A stretch of 64,000 nucleotides of DNA. It comes from Bacteroidales bacterium (GTDB taxonomy: Bacteria > Bacteroidota > Bacteroidia > Bacteroidales > UBA1715). The stretch lies in NCBI GenBank assembly GCA_045615765.1, contig JAZLFM010000014.1, positions 629 through 64,628 on the forward strand, read 5' to 3'. The notes below the pieces were generated by a model that worked only from the letters and a program-made list of their open reading frames with translations, did no database searches and was not told the origin of the DNA. Each line of letters begins with the position of its first letter. The stretch's first letter is position 1. Shown here piece by piece: positions 10,573-21,763 of this stretch. A program made the translations under genes and the position numbers.

Positions 10573-11928
10573 TTATTTTTCAAAAAAGTTTTTCACTTCA
10601 TTTACCGCAGAAGGAAGCGCAAAGACCAACACCTTGTCGCCTGCCGTTATCTGTGTTTTTCCAGAAGGTATGAAAGCATTTTTACCACGAACAACCCCAC
10701 CAATAACGGCATCTTTTGGGAAGTTCTTCATATCCATCAAAGTTGATTTTGTTATTTTCACATTTTCGTGGACCACAATTTCCAAAATCTGAGCATCACA
10801 TTGCGTCAAATGGCGAGTTGATGAAATATCGGCAGAACTACTCATAGTAAACTTATGGATACTATTAGCAGCGATAGTCTTTTTATTGATCAATGTATCA
10901 ATACCCATATCTGTTGCAAGACCAATATAATCAACATTTTCAACCTCAGCAATAGCACGCTTTACACCAACACGTTTAGCTAAATAACACGAAAGTATAT
11001 TTGTTTCTGCATTATTTGTCGTTGCAATAAACACATCAGTATCTCTAATGCCTTCTTCCACCAAAAGGTCCATACTACGGCCATCACCATTTATCACCAA
11101 AGTATTTTCCAATTGTTGGGACAATTTGCGAGCCTTTTCTGGATCAATTTCTATCAATTTAACATCAAACTGTTTTTGAAGAATTTTAGCAGTTGCACGA
11201 CCGGTACGGCTTCCGCCCAAAATCATAACCTGAGATACTGCCAAGTCCTTTTTTTCGAATGTTTCAAGCATTCGATTTACTCCTTGACGATTACTCACAA
11301 CATACAATATATCGTCTGGTTGACAAATATCATCGCCTTTTGGTATAATAGTAGAGAAGCCACGCTTTATAGCAATTACACGATATTTTTGTAGTTCTTC
11401 CTGCGAAGAAATAATTTCTTGCATATATTTTCCTACAACAGCAGCTGTCTCTTCTACTTTCAAGACAAAAAGAGACAATAAACCATCCGCAAAGTCAAAC
11501 GATTCACGAGTAGCAGCACGTTCAACAAATGTTGCAATTTCCTGAGCAGCAAGCGCTTGAGGATAGATAAGTGAATCTATACCCATACGACGATACAATT
11601 CAACATTTTTCTCCAACAACAATTCCGGATCACGAACACGAGCAATCGTATGTGGAGCACCTAATTGTTTAGCAATCACAGTAGAAGCGATATTCATTTC
11701 AGGGAAATGTGCTACTGCAATAAACAAATCGCACTGAGCGACACCAGCCTCATTCAACACAGAAATAGTTAATGCAGACCCCTGTATTGTCAATATATCC
11801 AAATGCGAAGAAAGTTGCTTAAGGTTTTGTGGATCAACATCAATAACTGTAACCTCGTGCCTATCATCGGCTAGAATTCGAGCCAAATGTTGTCCAACCT
11901 CTCCTGCACCTGCTATTATAATCTTCAT
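10573..11928 (-). CDS. trkA: Trk system potassium uptake protein TrkA (two RCK N/C modules)
   Basis: 451 aa. Two Rossmann motifs (MKIIIAGAGEVG and VMILGGSRTG), each followed by an RCK C-terminal domain. Confidence 0.9.
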   Translation of the reverse strand: MKIIIAGAGEVGQHLARILADDRHEVTVIDVDPQNLKQLSSHLDILTIQGSALTISVLNEAGVAQCDLFIAVAHFPEMNIASTVIAKQLGAPHTIARVRDPELLLEKNVELYRRMGIDSLIYPQALAAQEIATFVERAATRESFDFADGLLSLFVLKVEETAAVVGKYMQEIISSQEELQKYRVIAIKRGFSTIIPKGDDICQPDDILYVVSNRQGVNRMLETFEKKDLAVSQVMILGGSRTGRATAKILQKQFDVKLIEIDPEKARKLSQQLENTLVINGDGRSMDLLVEEGIRDTDVFIATTNNAETNILSCYLAKRVGVKRAIAEVENVDYIGLATDMGIDTLINKKTIAANSIHKFTMSSSADISSTRHLTQCDAQILEIVVHENVKITKSTLMDMKNFPKDAVIGGVVRGKNAFIPSGKTQITAGDKVLVFALPSAVNEVKNFFEK

Positions 11929-11980
11929 TTTCGTAACAAAAAATCGGTCTAATATACTATTTTTTACATTGTGTTCAATG

Positions 11981-11988
11981 CAAAATTA
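11981..11988 (-). promoter_or_regulatory. Bacteroidota-type -7 promoter box for the trkA-(small ORF)-trkH operon
   Basis: TAATTTTG on the minus strand, 52 nt before the trkA ATG. Confidence 0.55.
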
Positions 11989-12033
11989 AGGAATTACAAA
12001 AAGTCCAGATTAATAAAACAGTTAGAAGGACAT

Positions 12034-13779
12034 TTACCAATGTTTCACAACAGACTTAGCCGTATCACAAGAACGAATAATATAAGTTCCAGGAGCAATG
12101 TCTTTAACAGAAATCACTACTTTATCTGTTGAAATTGTATGATATGACACATGTGCAACAAGGCGACCATAAACATCATATACAGAAATTGGGCAAGCAG
12201 CAATTTGACGTCCTTCCACTACAAAAATATTCTCAGATTCAATTGCATAAGCTTTAAACAAATTGTTTCTCAAATTATTCCCGTGATTTACAGTCTTGAT
12301 ACTTGAATATGAGTAATCACCATCAAAATCGACTTGTTTCAATCGATAATACGAAATTCCATCAAGTGGTTCTTCATCTACAAACGAATAATAATGCATA
12401 GTGCTTGTTGTACCTGCACCGAAAAGAGAACCTATTCTTTCCCATCGCCTACCATCATACGAGCGTTCGATTTGGAACGTTTCGTTATTTTCCTCTGAAG
12501 AAGTACTCCATTCTAGCAACACAGAATTTTTCTCATTTTTTACCGTCCATGTTGCAATTTCTATAGATAACAAAACTGCCGGTTCGTTTTCTTTTAGAGT
12601 TAATTTTTTAAGACCATGAACTTCTACACCATTCCACCATGTATTCATCGTATTTTTATCACCAAACAAATCTATTGGGAACGGATGTCCACCACCTTCC
12701 GAACCTAAATAGCCACCTCTGCTTACATTTTCAATTCCCCTACAAGTTTTTTGTGCCGCAGTTTTTTGGATTAATTGAGAAAATTTCTTTACACCAACAG
12801 CTCCCTTTGCTAATGTTTTACAAACTCGTACTGTATTTCCATCTCCATTTTTAAAATCATAATATTTACTACACTTTCCGGTCCATGTCTCCCAATAATC
12901 TGTTTCCTTTGTTGTATATTCAGCAGATTTAATCACAGATTCTCCATATATATATTTTTTATCTGGAGATGTAGGCATTGTACATTCATTACCATAAGAT
13001 ATCAATCTATCATCCCAAAAAAGATTCAACTCTATACCGTATTCTTCTGAAAATCTATCTGTTTGATAATAATCCAAGGGAAGACTTTTATATCCATGTT
13101 CAGAATCTCGTAAAGAATCTTGAATCGGAGATATACGATACACTATCAATCCTTTTAATTCATCATTATATTTTATTTTCTCAGGATCATAAAAAGGAAA
13201 ATGAGTTACTCCTGAAGATTTCTGATAATCAACTGTCAAACTTCCAGTTACGCAATCTCCATTATCATATTTACCATCCCATGAAATATAGAAAGCTTCT
13301 GCATCACTATATAAACGACCAGCATTTTCGTTTCTCCACGTTCTACCCACACACATTGTCTCCAACAAACCGACACTACCATTAGCATCAAGATAACAAA
13401 CATCTGAATTTGCCGACACAAAATCAGATGCAAGAACTGCATCAAGCATAGGGAAACAACGCGTTCCGCTTGTTCCATCACTAATATCATCATAAAGATT
13501 TGTATTTGTTGTTGGGAATAATGTACCCAAATTCACACACGATATAATATCATTATCATCTAAAAGAGCCATTCCTCCTGCAATACCCGCCAAATACGAT
13601 TCCGCAACTATAGCACCACTATTATAACATTCTTTCAAATTAACCGAAGACGATACAGACCCAATTATTCCCCCCGCATTTTTTTCATCAGCAGCTATTT
13701 TTCCTTCATTTCTACATGCATAGAAACTATTTCCATCATCTTCTCCTACTATTCCGCCAACATTAGAGTAGGCAAACAT
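12034..13779 (-). CDS. C-terminal fragment of a frameshifted large T9SS surface protein (GLUG-like repeats, FN3-like domain, T9SS type A sorting domain)
   Basis: GGIVG/AGGIIG/AGIAGG repeats, an FN3-like module (LLEWSTSSEENNETFQIERSYDGRRWERIG...YYRLKQVDFDGDYSYS), and a C-terminal Por-secretion-tail-like end (APGTYIIRS....VVKHW). This reading frame stays open upstream to about 13929, reading NFWLYRGVVGYASDCEFSYCENF... Confidence 0.7.
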   Translation of the reverse strand: MFAYSNVGGIVGEDDGNSFYACRNEGKIAADEKNAGGIIGSVSSSVNLKECYNSGAIVAESYLAGIAGGMALLDDNDIISCVNLGTLFPTTNTNLYDDISDGTSGTRCFPMLDAVLASDFVSANSDVCYLDANGSVGLLETMCVGRTWRNENAGRLYSDAEAFYISWDGKYDNGDCVTGSLTVDYQKSSGVTHFPFYDPEKIKYNDELKGLIVYRISPIQDSLRDSEHGYKSLPLDYYQTDRFSEEYGIELNLFWDDRLISYGNECTMPTSPDKKYIYGESVIKSAEYTTKETDYWETWTGKCSKYYDFKNGDGNTVRVCKTLAKGAVGVKKFSQLIQKTAAQKTCRGIENVSRGGYLGSEGGGHPFPIDLFGDKNTMNTWWNGVEVHGLKKLTLKENEPAVLLSIEIATWTVKNEKNSVLLEWSTSSEENNETFQIERSYDGRRWERIGSLFGAGTTSTMHYYSFVDEEPLDGISYYRLKQVDFDGDYSYSSIKTVNHGNNLRNNLFKAYAIESENIFVVEGRQIAACPISVYDVYGRLVAHVSYHTISTDKVVISVKDIAPGTYIIRSCDTAKSVVKHW

Positions 13780-13919
13780 AGTTCCAACATTAAAACAATG
13801 TGAGAAAACAGAATTTTCTGCATAACCAGCTATTCCTGCAGTTCCACTTGCTTCATCAGGAACCTCTAAATCAGCAAAATTTTCACAATATGAAAATTCA
13901 CAATCGCTAGCATAGCCAA

Positions 13920-15926
13920 CTACCCCCCTGTATAACCAGAAATTTCAAATCCATCTATTATTGACAAAACATTTTTTATATCTGCTTTATTAACACAATA
14001 ACTAAATGTAGTATTTTCAGCAATGCCACAAATAGGCCCAAAACCTGCATCTAAATAAGACGAATAAAACTCTGTTTCTACAGCAAAACTTCCTTCAATG
14101 TGAATATTATCAATTGTCGCTCCATTGCAATAATTAAACAACCCATGAGTTGCATCTCCAAACGTAATTGCACATTGATCACCAGCCAAATCAGCTCTTC
14201 CCTCGTTCTGATTATCAGTCAATGGATTTGGATTATATCGACCTGCCCCAATATTTCCTTGAAACGGATTGTCACTCGTACCTAAACCTAACCACGTATT
14301 ATCCAATTGTATTGTACCAGTAGGAGCCACAATATAAAAATACATTCCTGCAAATCCATCCTTACCAGAAATAGGGAAGGTTCTTGAAATAGGTTCTTTA
14401 CTACCAGCTTTATATGCGAACGGATCTATTGTATAATAAAATAAATATCCACTATCTTCACCCTCGTCACTATTAATTTCTGTCTCTCCACGTAATGCAG
14501 CCGCTATTGCATCTAAATCTTCCTTTGAAGAAATCAAAATCGGATTAAATTCAGATCCTATTGGATTATCGCTCCAAGAAACATTCCCAAGTTCTTCACC
14601 TAAAACATCACCTACATTATATTCTTTAGCACCATTTTTAAATCTCTGATCAAACAAAGAAAGTTTATATTCACGCGGACAACCATCTGCTACTGGATAA
14701 TAAAAATAATGTCCTGCATCCTTAATCTCCGGTTTATCTTTCCATGGATAATGATAACCTCTATCCTTATTCTTTTCAACATCCAGCTTTTCTATAAAAA
14801 CCTTATCTATTCCATTATTTTCCTCCGGGTCCAAATCCAAAAACAATTCCAATGTAGCACTTTCATTTGCGAGCAATTTCACCACAAAAATCAAATCCTC
14901 ACACGTAATAGCATCACCAGCAAATGTCAAATCCTTTGGAATATTAGGGACTTCGCCTGCCTTATAGACACTTTCATCGGGTGAAGTTAAAAACACACGA
15001 TATTCAGGTTCAAAGGAATTCTTTCCTGGATACGACTGACGATTTTCCTCTGCAGTCTTATCACTTCTTGCACCATAGGAATTACACCCAAACACAAAAC
15101 GATAGGGTTTTATACCAGAGAAATAGACTTTTGAAGTGTAATGGTCGGTTGAATATGTATAAAATGTGCTCCACACCTCATTTTCTGAACCGTCTGCATT
15201 CAATCCCCAAGCCTTAGAATACACACGGCCATCAATTGCCTTATTCTGTACTACGTCAGCAACCGTAATATCAAACCACTTAAAATCCAAAGGATTTCCA
15301 GCTGCAACATTATAATCACACCCAATATCAAATTCTATATAATACAAACCAGGCTCTGTAGGTTTAAAACTTAAGCTGTTATAACCAGAACCTTTTGCTA
15401 CTTCCTTTGGACCACTCCATGCTTCATTATAACTTTGAATAACTCCTTTACCATTTACCGGAACATCTCGTTCTGCATAAACTATAGCATCATCTATAGC
15501 ATCATCAAAACCAGTAAATGCTGGATCCAGGTCATCTGCAGAAGATTTTTTTATACGAAATTTAGCAAAGGTACCAACAGGGAAATCATTAACTTTAGTG
15601 GTTTTATGAATATAATCAGTTCCATTATACCGCAAACCACCAAAACCAAAATAAACTATTTCCCCAACATTGTTTTTGTTGCTTGCATTCACAACTCTAA
15701 AATACAAACGATTTTCATCGCCACAACTTTTACCAGTTGAATGTTGATATCGAGCGAATTCACGAGAAGGACCACTACCACCTTCACGAGAACCTAAAGC
15801 AATGTAACAATAGCCCTTATGGTTTCCGCTTTCATCTTTAGGCATCAATTGCCGTGTTCCATCGGCAAAGACAACGTGCTCAAAAAGCAGAACGAAAAAC
15901 AATATAAACCAAAGTTTTTTCACCAA
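13920..15926 (-). CDS. N-terminal fragment of the same frameshifted large T9SS surface protein
   Basis: Signal peptide (KKLWFILFFVLLFEHVVFADG), a large beta-rich N-terminal region, and the first GLUG-like segments at its C-terminus. It stops at a TAG immediately after the G6 tract. The start is uncertain (TTG 15926 or GTG 15923). The ORF-track TTG at 15941 sits only 1 nt downstream of the -7 box, upstream of the predicted transcription start. Confidence 0.7.
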   Translation of the reverse strand: MVKKLWFILFFVLLFEHVVFADGTRQLMPKDESGNHKGYCYIALGSREGGSGPSREFARYQHSTGKSCGDENRLYFRVVNASNKNNVGEIVYFGFGGLRYNGTDYIHKTTKVNDFPVGTFAKFRIKKSSADDLDPAFTGFDDAIDDAIVYAERDVPVNGKGVIQSYNEAWSGPKEVAKGSGYNSLSFKPTEPGLYYIEFDIGCDYNVAAGNPLDFKWFDITVADVVQNKAIDGRVYSKAWGLNADGSENEVWSTFYTYSTDHYTSKVYFSGIKPYRFVFGCNSYGARSDKTAEENRQSYPGKNSFEPEYRVFLTSPDESVYKAGEVPNIPKDLTFAGDAITCEDLIFVVKLLANESATLELFLDLDPEENNGIDKVFIEKLDVEKNKDRGYHYPWKDKPEIKDAGHYFYYPVADGCPREYKLSLFDQRFKNGAKEYNVGDVLGEELGNVSWSDNPIGSEFNPILISSKEDLDAIAAALRGETEINSDEGEDSGYLFYYTIDPFAYKAGSKEPISRTFPISGKDGFAGMYFYIVAPTGTIQLDNTWLGLGTSDNPFQGNIGAGRYNPNPLTDNQNEGRADLAGDQCAITFGDATHGLFNYCNGATIDNIHIEGSFAVETEFYSSYLDAGFGPICGIAENTTFSYCVNKADIKNVLSIIDGFEISGYTGG
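13923..13928 (-). repeat. homopolymeric G6 tract (C6 on the plus strand) at the frameshift site
   Basis: The coding strand reads ...GGT TAT ACA GGG GGG TAG. With 7 or 4 G residues the frame continues as GVVGYASDCEF... into the 12034-13779 ORF. Confidence 0.85.
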
Positions 15927-15942
15927 ATATATTTTTGACAAG

Positions 15943-15950
15943 CAAAAATA
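15943..15950 (-). promoter_or_regulatory. Bacteroidota-type -7 promoter box for the GLUG/T9SS gene
   Basis: TATTTTTG on the minus strand, 16 nt before the TTG at 15926. Confidence 0.5.
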
Positions 15951-16094
15951 TAAAAAACTATATTGTCAACAACAAAAGAAAAACAATAAATCTCTAATTC
16001 TCAATCATTTATAATAATTCCAATATTGTAAAGTTTACATTTTAATGAAATACAAAACAAAGAATGATTTTGTTTCACATTTCTTAAGTCTTTT

Positions 16095-16102
16095 TATTTT
16101 TG
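16095..16102 (+). promoter_or_regulatory. Bacteroidota-type -7 promoter box for the LTA-synthase-family gene
   Basis: TATTTTTG, 18 nt before the ATG at 16121. Confidence 0.55.
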
Positions 16103-16120
16103 TAACAAATTCAAAGACAG

Positions 16121-18034
16121 ATGACAAAACCTCAAATAAATCATTATATCCTTTTTTTATACCGCATAGCTGTCGTTTATGTTCTTCTTACCATTACTCG
16201 TATCGCCTTCTATGCATACAACGCAAGTTTATTTCCAAACACAAGCTTTGTAGAATTGCTAACCATATTCAAAGGGGGACTTAAATTTGACACCACAACT
16301 ATTATCTATCTTAACATCGCATTTATTGTGATGAATATTCTCCCATTTCGTTTTATATATAATAATATATATCAACGAATTGCAAAAATAATATACATCA
16401 TCACCAATAGTATTGGACTATTAGGGAATGTAGCCGACACCATATATTACCAATTCACATTAAAACGAACAACTTCCCTTGTTATTTCTCAATTTGCAAA
16501 TGAGGAAAATCTATTGTCATTATTTGGTCAATTCATAGTACAATGGTGGTATGCTACACTATTTTTCATCATTCTTGTAGCTCTACTTATTTTCTTATAT
16601 GATAGATTCTGTGAAAAACAACCAACTACAAGCAATCTTGCATTTTACGGAACCGCTATACCCGCTTTATGTTTTGTCTTATTTTTATGCTTTGGCGGTG
16701 TCCGTGGTGGATTCCGACATAGCACACGACCTATATCCCCATCGGATGCAGGCGAATATGCAAAAGAGCCTAGCCAAATGGCCATAGTTCAAAACACACC
16801 TTTCACTTTTCTACGGACTATCGGCAAATCCGGCTTAAAACCTACACAGTATTTCGAAAAGAATGAAGCAGAAAAATACTTTAGTCCATACCATTCTGTT
16901 TCGTCTATAGAGAGCATGAAAAATTGTAATGTAGTAATAATCATACTTGAAAGTTGGGGACGGGAATATGTAGGTTTTCTTAACAAAGACATCCCTAACT
17001 ACAATGGATACACTCCATTTATGGATTCCCTAATGGAGCATAGCCTTGTGTTTAAATACGCATACGCAAACGGCAGAAAATCAATAGACGCAATACCGTC
17101 TGTTGTTGCAGGTATCCCGTACGTAAAAGTTCCTTACGTCCTTTCGCACTATTCAAGCAACAAAACATGTAGCTTGGCAAAATATTTAGGCGAGCAAGGA
17201 TATTACACGGCATTTTTCCATGGCGCTCCAAATGGATCAATGGGATTTCAATCATTTGCCAATCTTGTTGGATATGACGATTATTTTGGTAAAAACGAAT
17301 ATAACAACGACGACGATTTTGACGGAACTTGGGGTATTTGGGATGAAGAGTTTTTCCATTTCTATGCCGAAAAAATGAACACTTTCAAACAGCCATTCTT
17401 TACAAGTATTTTTTCTCTCTCATCGCACCATCCATTTAAAGTTCCGGAAAGATACGAAGGTGTTTTTCCTGAAGGTCCACTTCCGGTACATAAATGTATT
17501 GGTTATACAGACAATGCATTACGACAATTTTTTAACTATGCGAAAACTATGCCTTGGTATGACAACACATTATTTATTATTTCTGCGGATCATGCTTCTG
17601 TTGCACATTTAGAAGAATACAAAAACACACCTGGAGCATTTGCTATTCCTATTGTTTTCTACAAGCCCGACAATTCCCTACAAAAACTTGATACAACCAC
17701 AATAGCGCAACAAACAGACATTCTACCATCTGTTTTGTCATATTTAAATTATCCGCAAGATTACTTTGCTTTTGGCAAAAATGTATTCGACACGACTAAA
17801 CAACAAATGGCTATCAACTATACAAATGAAAACTTCCAATGTTTCTACAAAGATTTCGTATTACAGTTTGACGAAAAGAAATCCATAAACCTTTATAACT
17901 TCAAGAAAGACAGACTATTCAAAACAAATCTTTTAGACACAGGACTTCCTGAACAAGAAGAAATGGAAAACTACACAAAAGCATTTATACAAGAATACAC
18001 CAGCAGAATGATTAACGATAAAATGTGTGAGTAG
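16121..18034 (+). CDS. LTA synthase family / sulfatase-fold phosphoglycerol transferase-like membrane protein
   Basis: 637 aa. About 5 N-terminal TM helices, then an alkaline-phosphatase-superfamily domain (VVIIILESWGREY, SSHHPF, ISADHA). Confidence 0.8.
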   Translation: MTKPQINHYILFLYRIAVVYVLLTITRIAFYAYNASLFPNTSFVELLTIFKGGLKFDTTTIIYLNIAFIVMNILPFRFIYNNIYQRIAKIIYIITNSIGLLGNVADTIYYQFTLKRTTSLVISQFANEENLLSLFGQFIVQWWYATLFFIILVALLIFLYDRFCEKQPTTSNLAFYGTAIPALCFVLFLCFGGVRGGFRHSTRPISPSDAGEYAKEPSQMAIVQNTPFTFLRTIGKSGLKPTQYFEKNEAEKYFSPYHSVSSIESMKNCNVVIIILESWGREYVGFLNKDIPNYNGYTPFMDSLMEHSLVFKYAYANGRKSIDAIPSVVAGIPYVKVPYVLSHYSSNKTCSLAKYLGEQGYYTAFFHGAPNGSMGFQSFANLVGYDDYFGKNEYNNDDDFDGTWGIWDEEFFHFYAEKMNTFKQPFFTSIFSLSSHHPFKVPERYEGVFPEGPLPVHKCIGYTDNALRQFFNYAKTMPWYDNTLFIISADHASVAHLEEYKNTPGAFAIPIVFYKPDNSLQKLDTTTIAQQTDILPSVLSYLNYPQDYFAFGKNVFDTTKQQMAINYTNENFQCFYKDFVLQFDEKKSINLYNFKKDRLFKTNLLDTGLPEQEEMENYTKAFIQEYTSRMINDKMCE

Positions 18035-18053
18035 TTTAATAACAACATTTGAT

Positions 18054-18061
18054 TACTTTTG
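18054..18061 (+). promoter_or_regulatory. Bacteroidota-type -7 promoter box for metH
   Basis: TACTTTTG, 15 nt before the ATG at 18077. The ORF-track TTG at 18059 lies inside this box. Confidence 0.55.
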
Positions 18062-18076
18062 CGCAAAACTAAAACT

Positions 18077-21000
18077 ATGATTACAAAACAAGCTTTCAAA
18101 GATATTCTAGCAAAACGTATCCTCGTTCTTGACGGTGCCACAGGAACCATGATACAACGATTTAATCTTCAAGAAGATGACTATCGAGGAACTCGCTTTG
18201 CCGACCATCCGTTCCTATTAAAGGGAAACAATGATCTTCTTTGTCTTACCAAGCCTGAGGTCGTTCGCGAAATTCATACTAAATATCTTGAAGCAGGAGC
18301 CGATATAATCGAAACTAATACTTTTAATGCAAATAGAATCTCACAAGCTGACTACAATCTGCAAGATTTAGTTGTAGAAATGAATACCGCAGCCGTTTCT
18401 ATTGCACGTAAAGTTGCCGACGAATTCACGGCTAAGAATCCTGAAAAACCTCGTTTTGTTTGTGCTTCTATAGGACCAACAAATAAAACTGCCTCAATGT
18501 CTCCTGATGTAAATAATCCTGCATTTCGAGCAGTTACATTCGACTATCTTGTAGAGATTTACGAAGAACAAGTTGAAGCAATGCTTAAAGCAGGAGCAGA
18601 TCTTTTATTGGTTGAAACTTCATTCGATACACTTAACGTAAAAGCCTGCTTATATGCTATAGAAAACATACAAGCAAAACTAGGAACTGACGCTCCTGTA
18701 TTGGTTTCATTTACTATTGCCGACGCTAGTGGTCGTATATTAGCCGGACAAACAATTGAAGCCTGCATACGTTCAATTACCCACTCTAACATCACAAGTA
18801 TAGGGTTAAACTGTTCTCTCGGCGCTAAAGAACTTACGCCATTTGTGAAGGAATTAGCCGAAAAGTCTCCAGTGCTTGTCACAGCACACCCAAATGCCGG
18901 ATTACCAAACCAATTCGGTAAGTATGACCAAACGCCAGAACTTATGGCAGAGATGGTAAAACCATATCTGGAAAATTCATACTTAAACATTATTGGAGGA
19001 TGTTGTGGTACAACCGACGATCATATACGAGAAATTGCCAAAATTGTAGGGGACTACGAACCTCGTCCTATACCAAAGCCTACGCACACGATGTACCTTA
19101 GTGGTTTAGAACCACTTACTATAGAAAAAGACAAAAATTTTATAAATATCGGTGAGCGTACAAATGTCGCTGGTTCAGCTAAATTCGCTCGTTTGATTCG
19201 CGAAAAAAACTACGAAGAGGCTCTTTCTATTGCTCGTACACAAGTTGAAAATGGTGCACAAATCATTGATGTCAACTTAGATGACGCTATGCTTGATTCA
19301 AAAGAAGAAATGATTCACTTCTTAAATCTTCTTGCGTCAGAACCTGAGATTTCTCGTGTTCCTATTATGATAGACTCTTCGAAATGGGAAGTGCTTGAAG
19401 CAGGCCTTAAATGTGTGCAAGGTAAATGTTTAGTAAATTCATTAAGCTTGAAAGAAGGCGAAGAGATATTTCTTACAAAAGCTGCAAAAGTAAAGCGATA
19501 TGGTGCCGCACTTGTTGTTATGGCTTTTGATGAAACTGGACAAGCCGACACATACGAAAGAAAGATCTCTGTTTGTAAACGAGCTTACGATTTGCTTCTT
19601 TCTATTGATTTTCCTCCCGAAGACATTGTATTCGACACAAATGTGCTTACCATAGCTACAGGTATAGCCGAACACGACAACTATGCAAAAGATTTCATTG
19701 AATCTGTGCGCTGGATAAAACAAAATCTACCATACGCAAAAACAAGTGGTGGTATCAGTAATGTATCCTTTTCTTTTCGTGGGAACAATGCCGTTCGCGA
19801 AGCAATGCACTCCATATTCCTATACCATGCTATTAAAGCAGGACTTGATATGGGAATTGTAAATCCTGGATTATTACAAGTTTACGATGAAATCGATCCA
19901 GAGTTAAGAGATAAAATAGAAAAAGTTGTACTTAACACAACCTCAACGGCTGCTGAAGAGTTAGTAGAATATGCGAGTACAATCAAACAAAACGAAACAA
20001 CTACAGTAAAACACGACGATTGGAGAAATGCATCGGTTGAACGACGACTTGCATATGCTCTATTAAAAGGACTACCAGAACATCTCGAAGAAGATTTAGA
20101 AGAAGCACGACAAAAATATCCATCTTCGTTGGCTATTATTGAAGGACCATTAATGGGCGGTATGGGCGAAGTTGGAACCCAATTTGGACAAGGAAAAATG
20201 TTCTTACCACAAGTTGTTAAATCAGCCCGTACAATGAAAAAAGCTGTTTCTATTCTTGAACCATTCATTGAACAAGAAAAGCAACAAGCAAAAGCTACTT
20301 CTGCCGGAAAAATCCTATTAGCGACAGTAAAAGGTGACGTGCACGATATTGGTAAAAATATTGTTGGCGTAGTACTTGCCTGCAACAATTTTGAAGTAAT
20401 AGATTTAGGCGTAATGTGTCCGACAGAACAAATCGTAGACGCTGCAGTAGAAAACAATGTGGATTTCATTGGATTAAGCGGTTTAATTACACCATCACTT
20501 GAAGAGATGCAAAATGTTGCAGCTGAATTAGAACGCCGACATTTACAAATTCCTATACTCATTGGTGGCGCCACAACATCAAAAGTCCATACAGCAGTAA
20601 AAATCGCTCCACTATATTCTGCACCTGTCGTTTACGTTAGTGACGCATCAAAAGATGCAGGAGTATGTGCCGCTCTTTTATCCAAGAATAGACAAGCTTA
20701 TATTGACAAATTAAATCGTGAATACGAACTAATTAGAAGACTTTACTTAAATAGAAAAGTTAATGATGTTCTTCCACTTTCTGATGCACGAGAAAACAAA
20801 TTTGTATTTGAAAATGACAAAGCTGATATTGTTACACCATCATTCTTAGGGAACAAAACAATTGTAGATATTTCTATCGAAAATATTTCCAACTATATAG
20901 ACTGGTCTTTCTTTTTTAGTGCTTGGGGAATGAACGGAATTGCTTATCCTGCAATTCTAACAGATGAAAAACGTGGAGCCGAAGCAAGCGTTCTATTTGA

Positions 21001-21694
21001 GGACGCACAAAAAATGCTACAAAAAATCATTTCTGAAAAATTGCTTTCTCCTAAAGCTGTTATAGGATTTTACCCTGCCAATTCAATTGGTGACGATATT
21101 GAAATCTACAATACAGATTGTTCACAAGAAATTGGTGTATTGAACAACTACCGCCAACAAACCCTACAACCAAATGGAAATCCTAACTTATGTCTTGCCG
21201 ATTTCATTGCACCTAAAGACGAAAAAACGACCGACTACATCGGACTTTTCGCGTTAACTGCAGGTCTTGAAGTCGACGCACTTGCAGAGAAATACAAAAA
21301 TGAAGGTGATGATTATTCGTCTATGCTTGTACGCACATTAGCCGACAGAATTGCCGAAGCGTTTACTGAAAAATTACATTTCGATGTTAGAAAAACATTA
21401 TGGGGATATTCACCTAATGAAACTGAAAACATAGAACAAATTCTAAAAACAAACTACCGCGGTCGTCGTATGGCAATCGGTTACCCTTCTTGTCCGGACC
21501 ATTCACAAAAACAGACAATATTCAATATATTGAAGGCTACAGAAGAAATTGGCGTCACAATGACAGAGTCTTATATGATGCGACCTGTTTCATCTGTTTG
21601 TGGATTGTTTTTCGCACATCCTGAAATACAATATTTCGGTGTTGGTGAAATTAGCGCAGAACAAGAAAAGGATTATACGGAGAGAAAGAAATAA
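18077..21694 (+). CDS. metH: cobalamin-dependent methionine synthase
   Basis: Four modules are present: homocysteine-binding, pterin-binding, B12-binding (GDVHDIGKN plus [10 protein letters not shown]) and the AdoMet reactivation domain. About 1205 aa from [11 protein letters not shown]. Confidence 0.95.
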   Translation: MITKQAFKDILAKRILVLDGATGTMIQRFNLQEDDYRGTRFADHPFLLKGNNDLLCLTKPEVVREIHTKYLEAGADIIETNTFNANRISQADYNLQDLVVEMNTAAVSIARKVADEFTAKNPEKPRFVCASIGPTNKTASMSPDVNNPAFRAVTFDYLVEIYEEQVEAMLKAGADLLLVETSFDTLNVKACLYAIENIQAKLGTDAPVLVSFTIADASGRILAGQTIEACIRSITHSNITSIGLNCSLGAKELTPFVKELAEKSPVLVTAHPNAGLPNQFGKYDQTPELMAEMVKPYLENSYLNIIGGCCGTTDDHIREIAKIVGDYEPRPIPKPTHTMYLSGLEPLTIEKDKNFINIGERTNVAGSAKFARLIREKNYEEALSIARTQVENGAQIIDVNLDDAMLDSKEEMIHFLNLLASEPEISRVPIMIDSSKWEVLEAGLKCVQGKCLVNSLSLKEGEEIFLTKAAKVKRYGAALVVMAFDETGQADTYERKISVCKRAYDLLLSIDFPPEDIVFDTNVLTIATGIAEHDNYAKDFIESVRWIKQNLPYAKTSGGISNVSFSFRGNNAVREAMHSIFLYHAIKAGLDMGIVNPGLLQVYDEIDPELRDKIEKVVLNTTSTAAEELVEYASTIKQNETTTVKHDDWRNASVERRLAYALLKGLPEHLEEDLEEARQKYPSSLAIIEGPLMGGMGEVGTQFGQGKMFLPQVVKSARTMKKAVSILEPFIEQEKQQAKATSAGKILLATVKGDVHDIGKNIVGVVLACNNFEVIDLGVMCPTEQIVDAAVENNVDFIGLSGLITPSLEEMQNVAAELERRHLQIPILIGGATTSKVHTAVKIAPLYSAPVVYVSDASKDAGVCAALLSKNRQAYIDKLNREYELIRRLYLNRKVNDVLPLSDARENKFVFENDKADIVTPSFLGNKTIVDISIENISNYIDWSFFFSAWGMNGIAYPAILTDEKRGAEASVLFEDAQKMLQKIISEKLLSPKAVIGFYPANSIGDDIEIYNTDCSQEIGVLNNYRQQTLQPNGNPNLCLADFIAPKDEKTTDYIGLFALTAGLEVDALAEKYKNEGDDYSSMLVRTLADRIAEAFTEKLHFDVRKTLWGYSPNETENIEQILKTNYRGRRMAIGYPSCPDHSQKQTIFNILKATEEIGVTMTESYMMRPVSSVCGLFFAHPEIQYFGVGEISAEQEKDYTERKK

Positions 21695-21763
21695 TGTGCA
21701 GATACACTCTATTCATAGAGATTTTTCGCTAACGCTCAAAATGACGAGGTAAGACTAATGAGT

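Noticed and set aside
10404-10673. 89-aa plus-strand ORF in the trkA-trkH spacer
   Set aside because: It is antisense to a tightly coupled operon, overlaps the trkA 3' end and has an odd composition. The minus-strand 58-aa ORF fits the junctions exactly and explains the open frame.
18035-18076. Looked for a cobalamin riboswitch before metH, a lysine riboswitch before lysA (57208-57400) and a c-di-AMP element before trkA
   Set aside because: The leaders implied by the -7 boxes are only about 15, 20 and 52 nt long. That is too short for these aptamers, and none of their conserved cores is visible.
19882-20574. Long antisense ORFs inside well-supported genes (230 aa in metH, 152 aa at 6791-7249 in the rfaE-like gene, 199 aa at 51510-52109 in aroC, 182 aa at 39653-40201 opposite the ABC/ubiX genes, 161 aa at 42618-43103 in aspS, 143 aa at 18559-18990)
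   Set aside because: Each lies wholly or mostly within a gene whose product I can identify by strong motifs on the other strand. Their sequences are low-complexity (Ser/Cys/Phe-rich), as expected from reading a biased coding strand backwards.
21718-21749. GAGATTTTTCGCTAACGCTCAAAATGACGAGG between the convergent metH and deacetylase genes, reminiscent of the FAQNDK-type translated repeat strings seen in spurious ORFs
   Set aside because: There is only one copy in the window, it is not a convincing palindrome, and the resemblance rests on my memory alone. I cannot support it as a repeat element without a genome-wide count.
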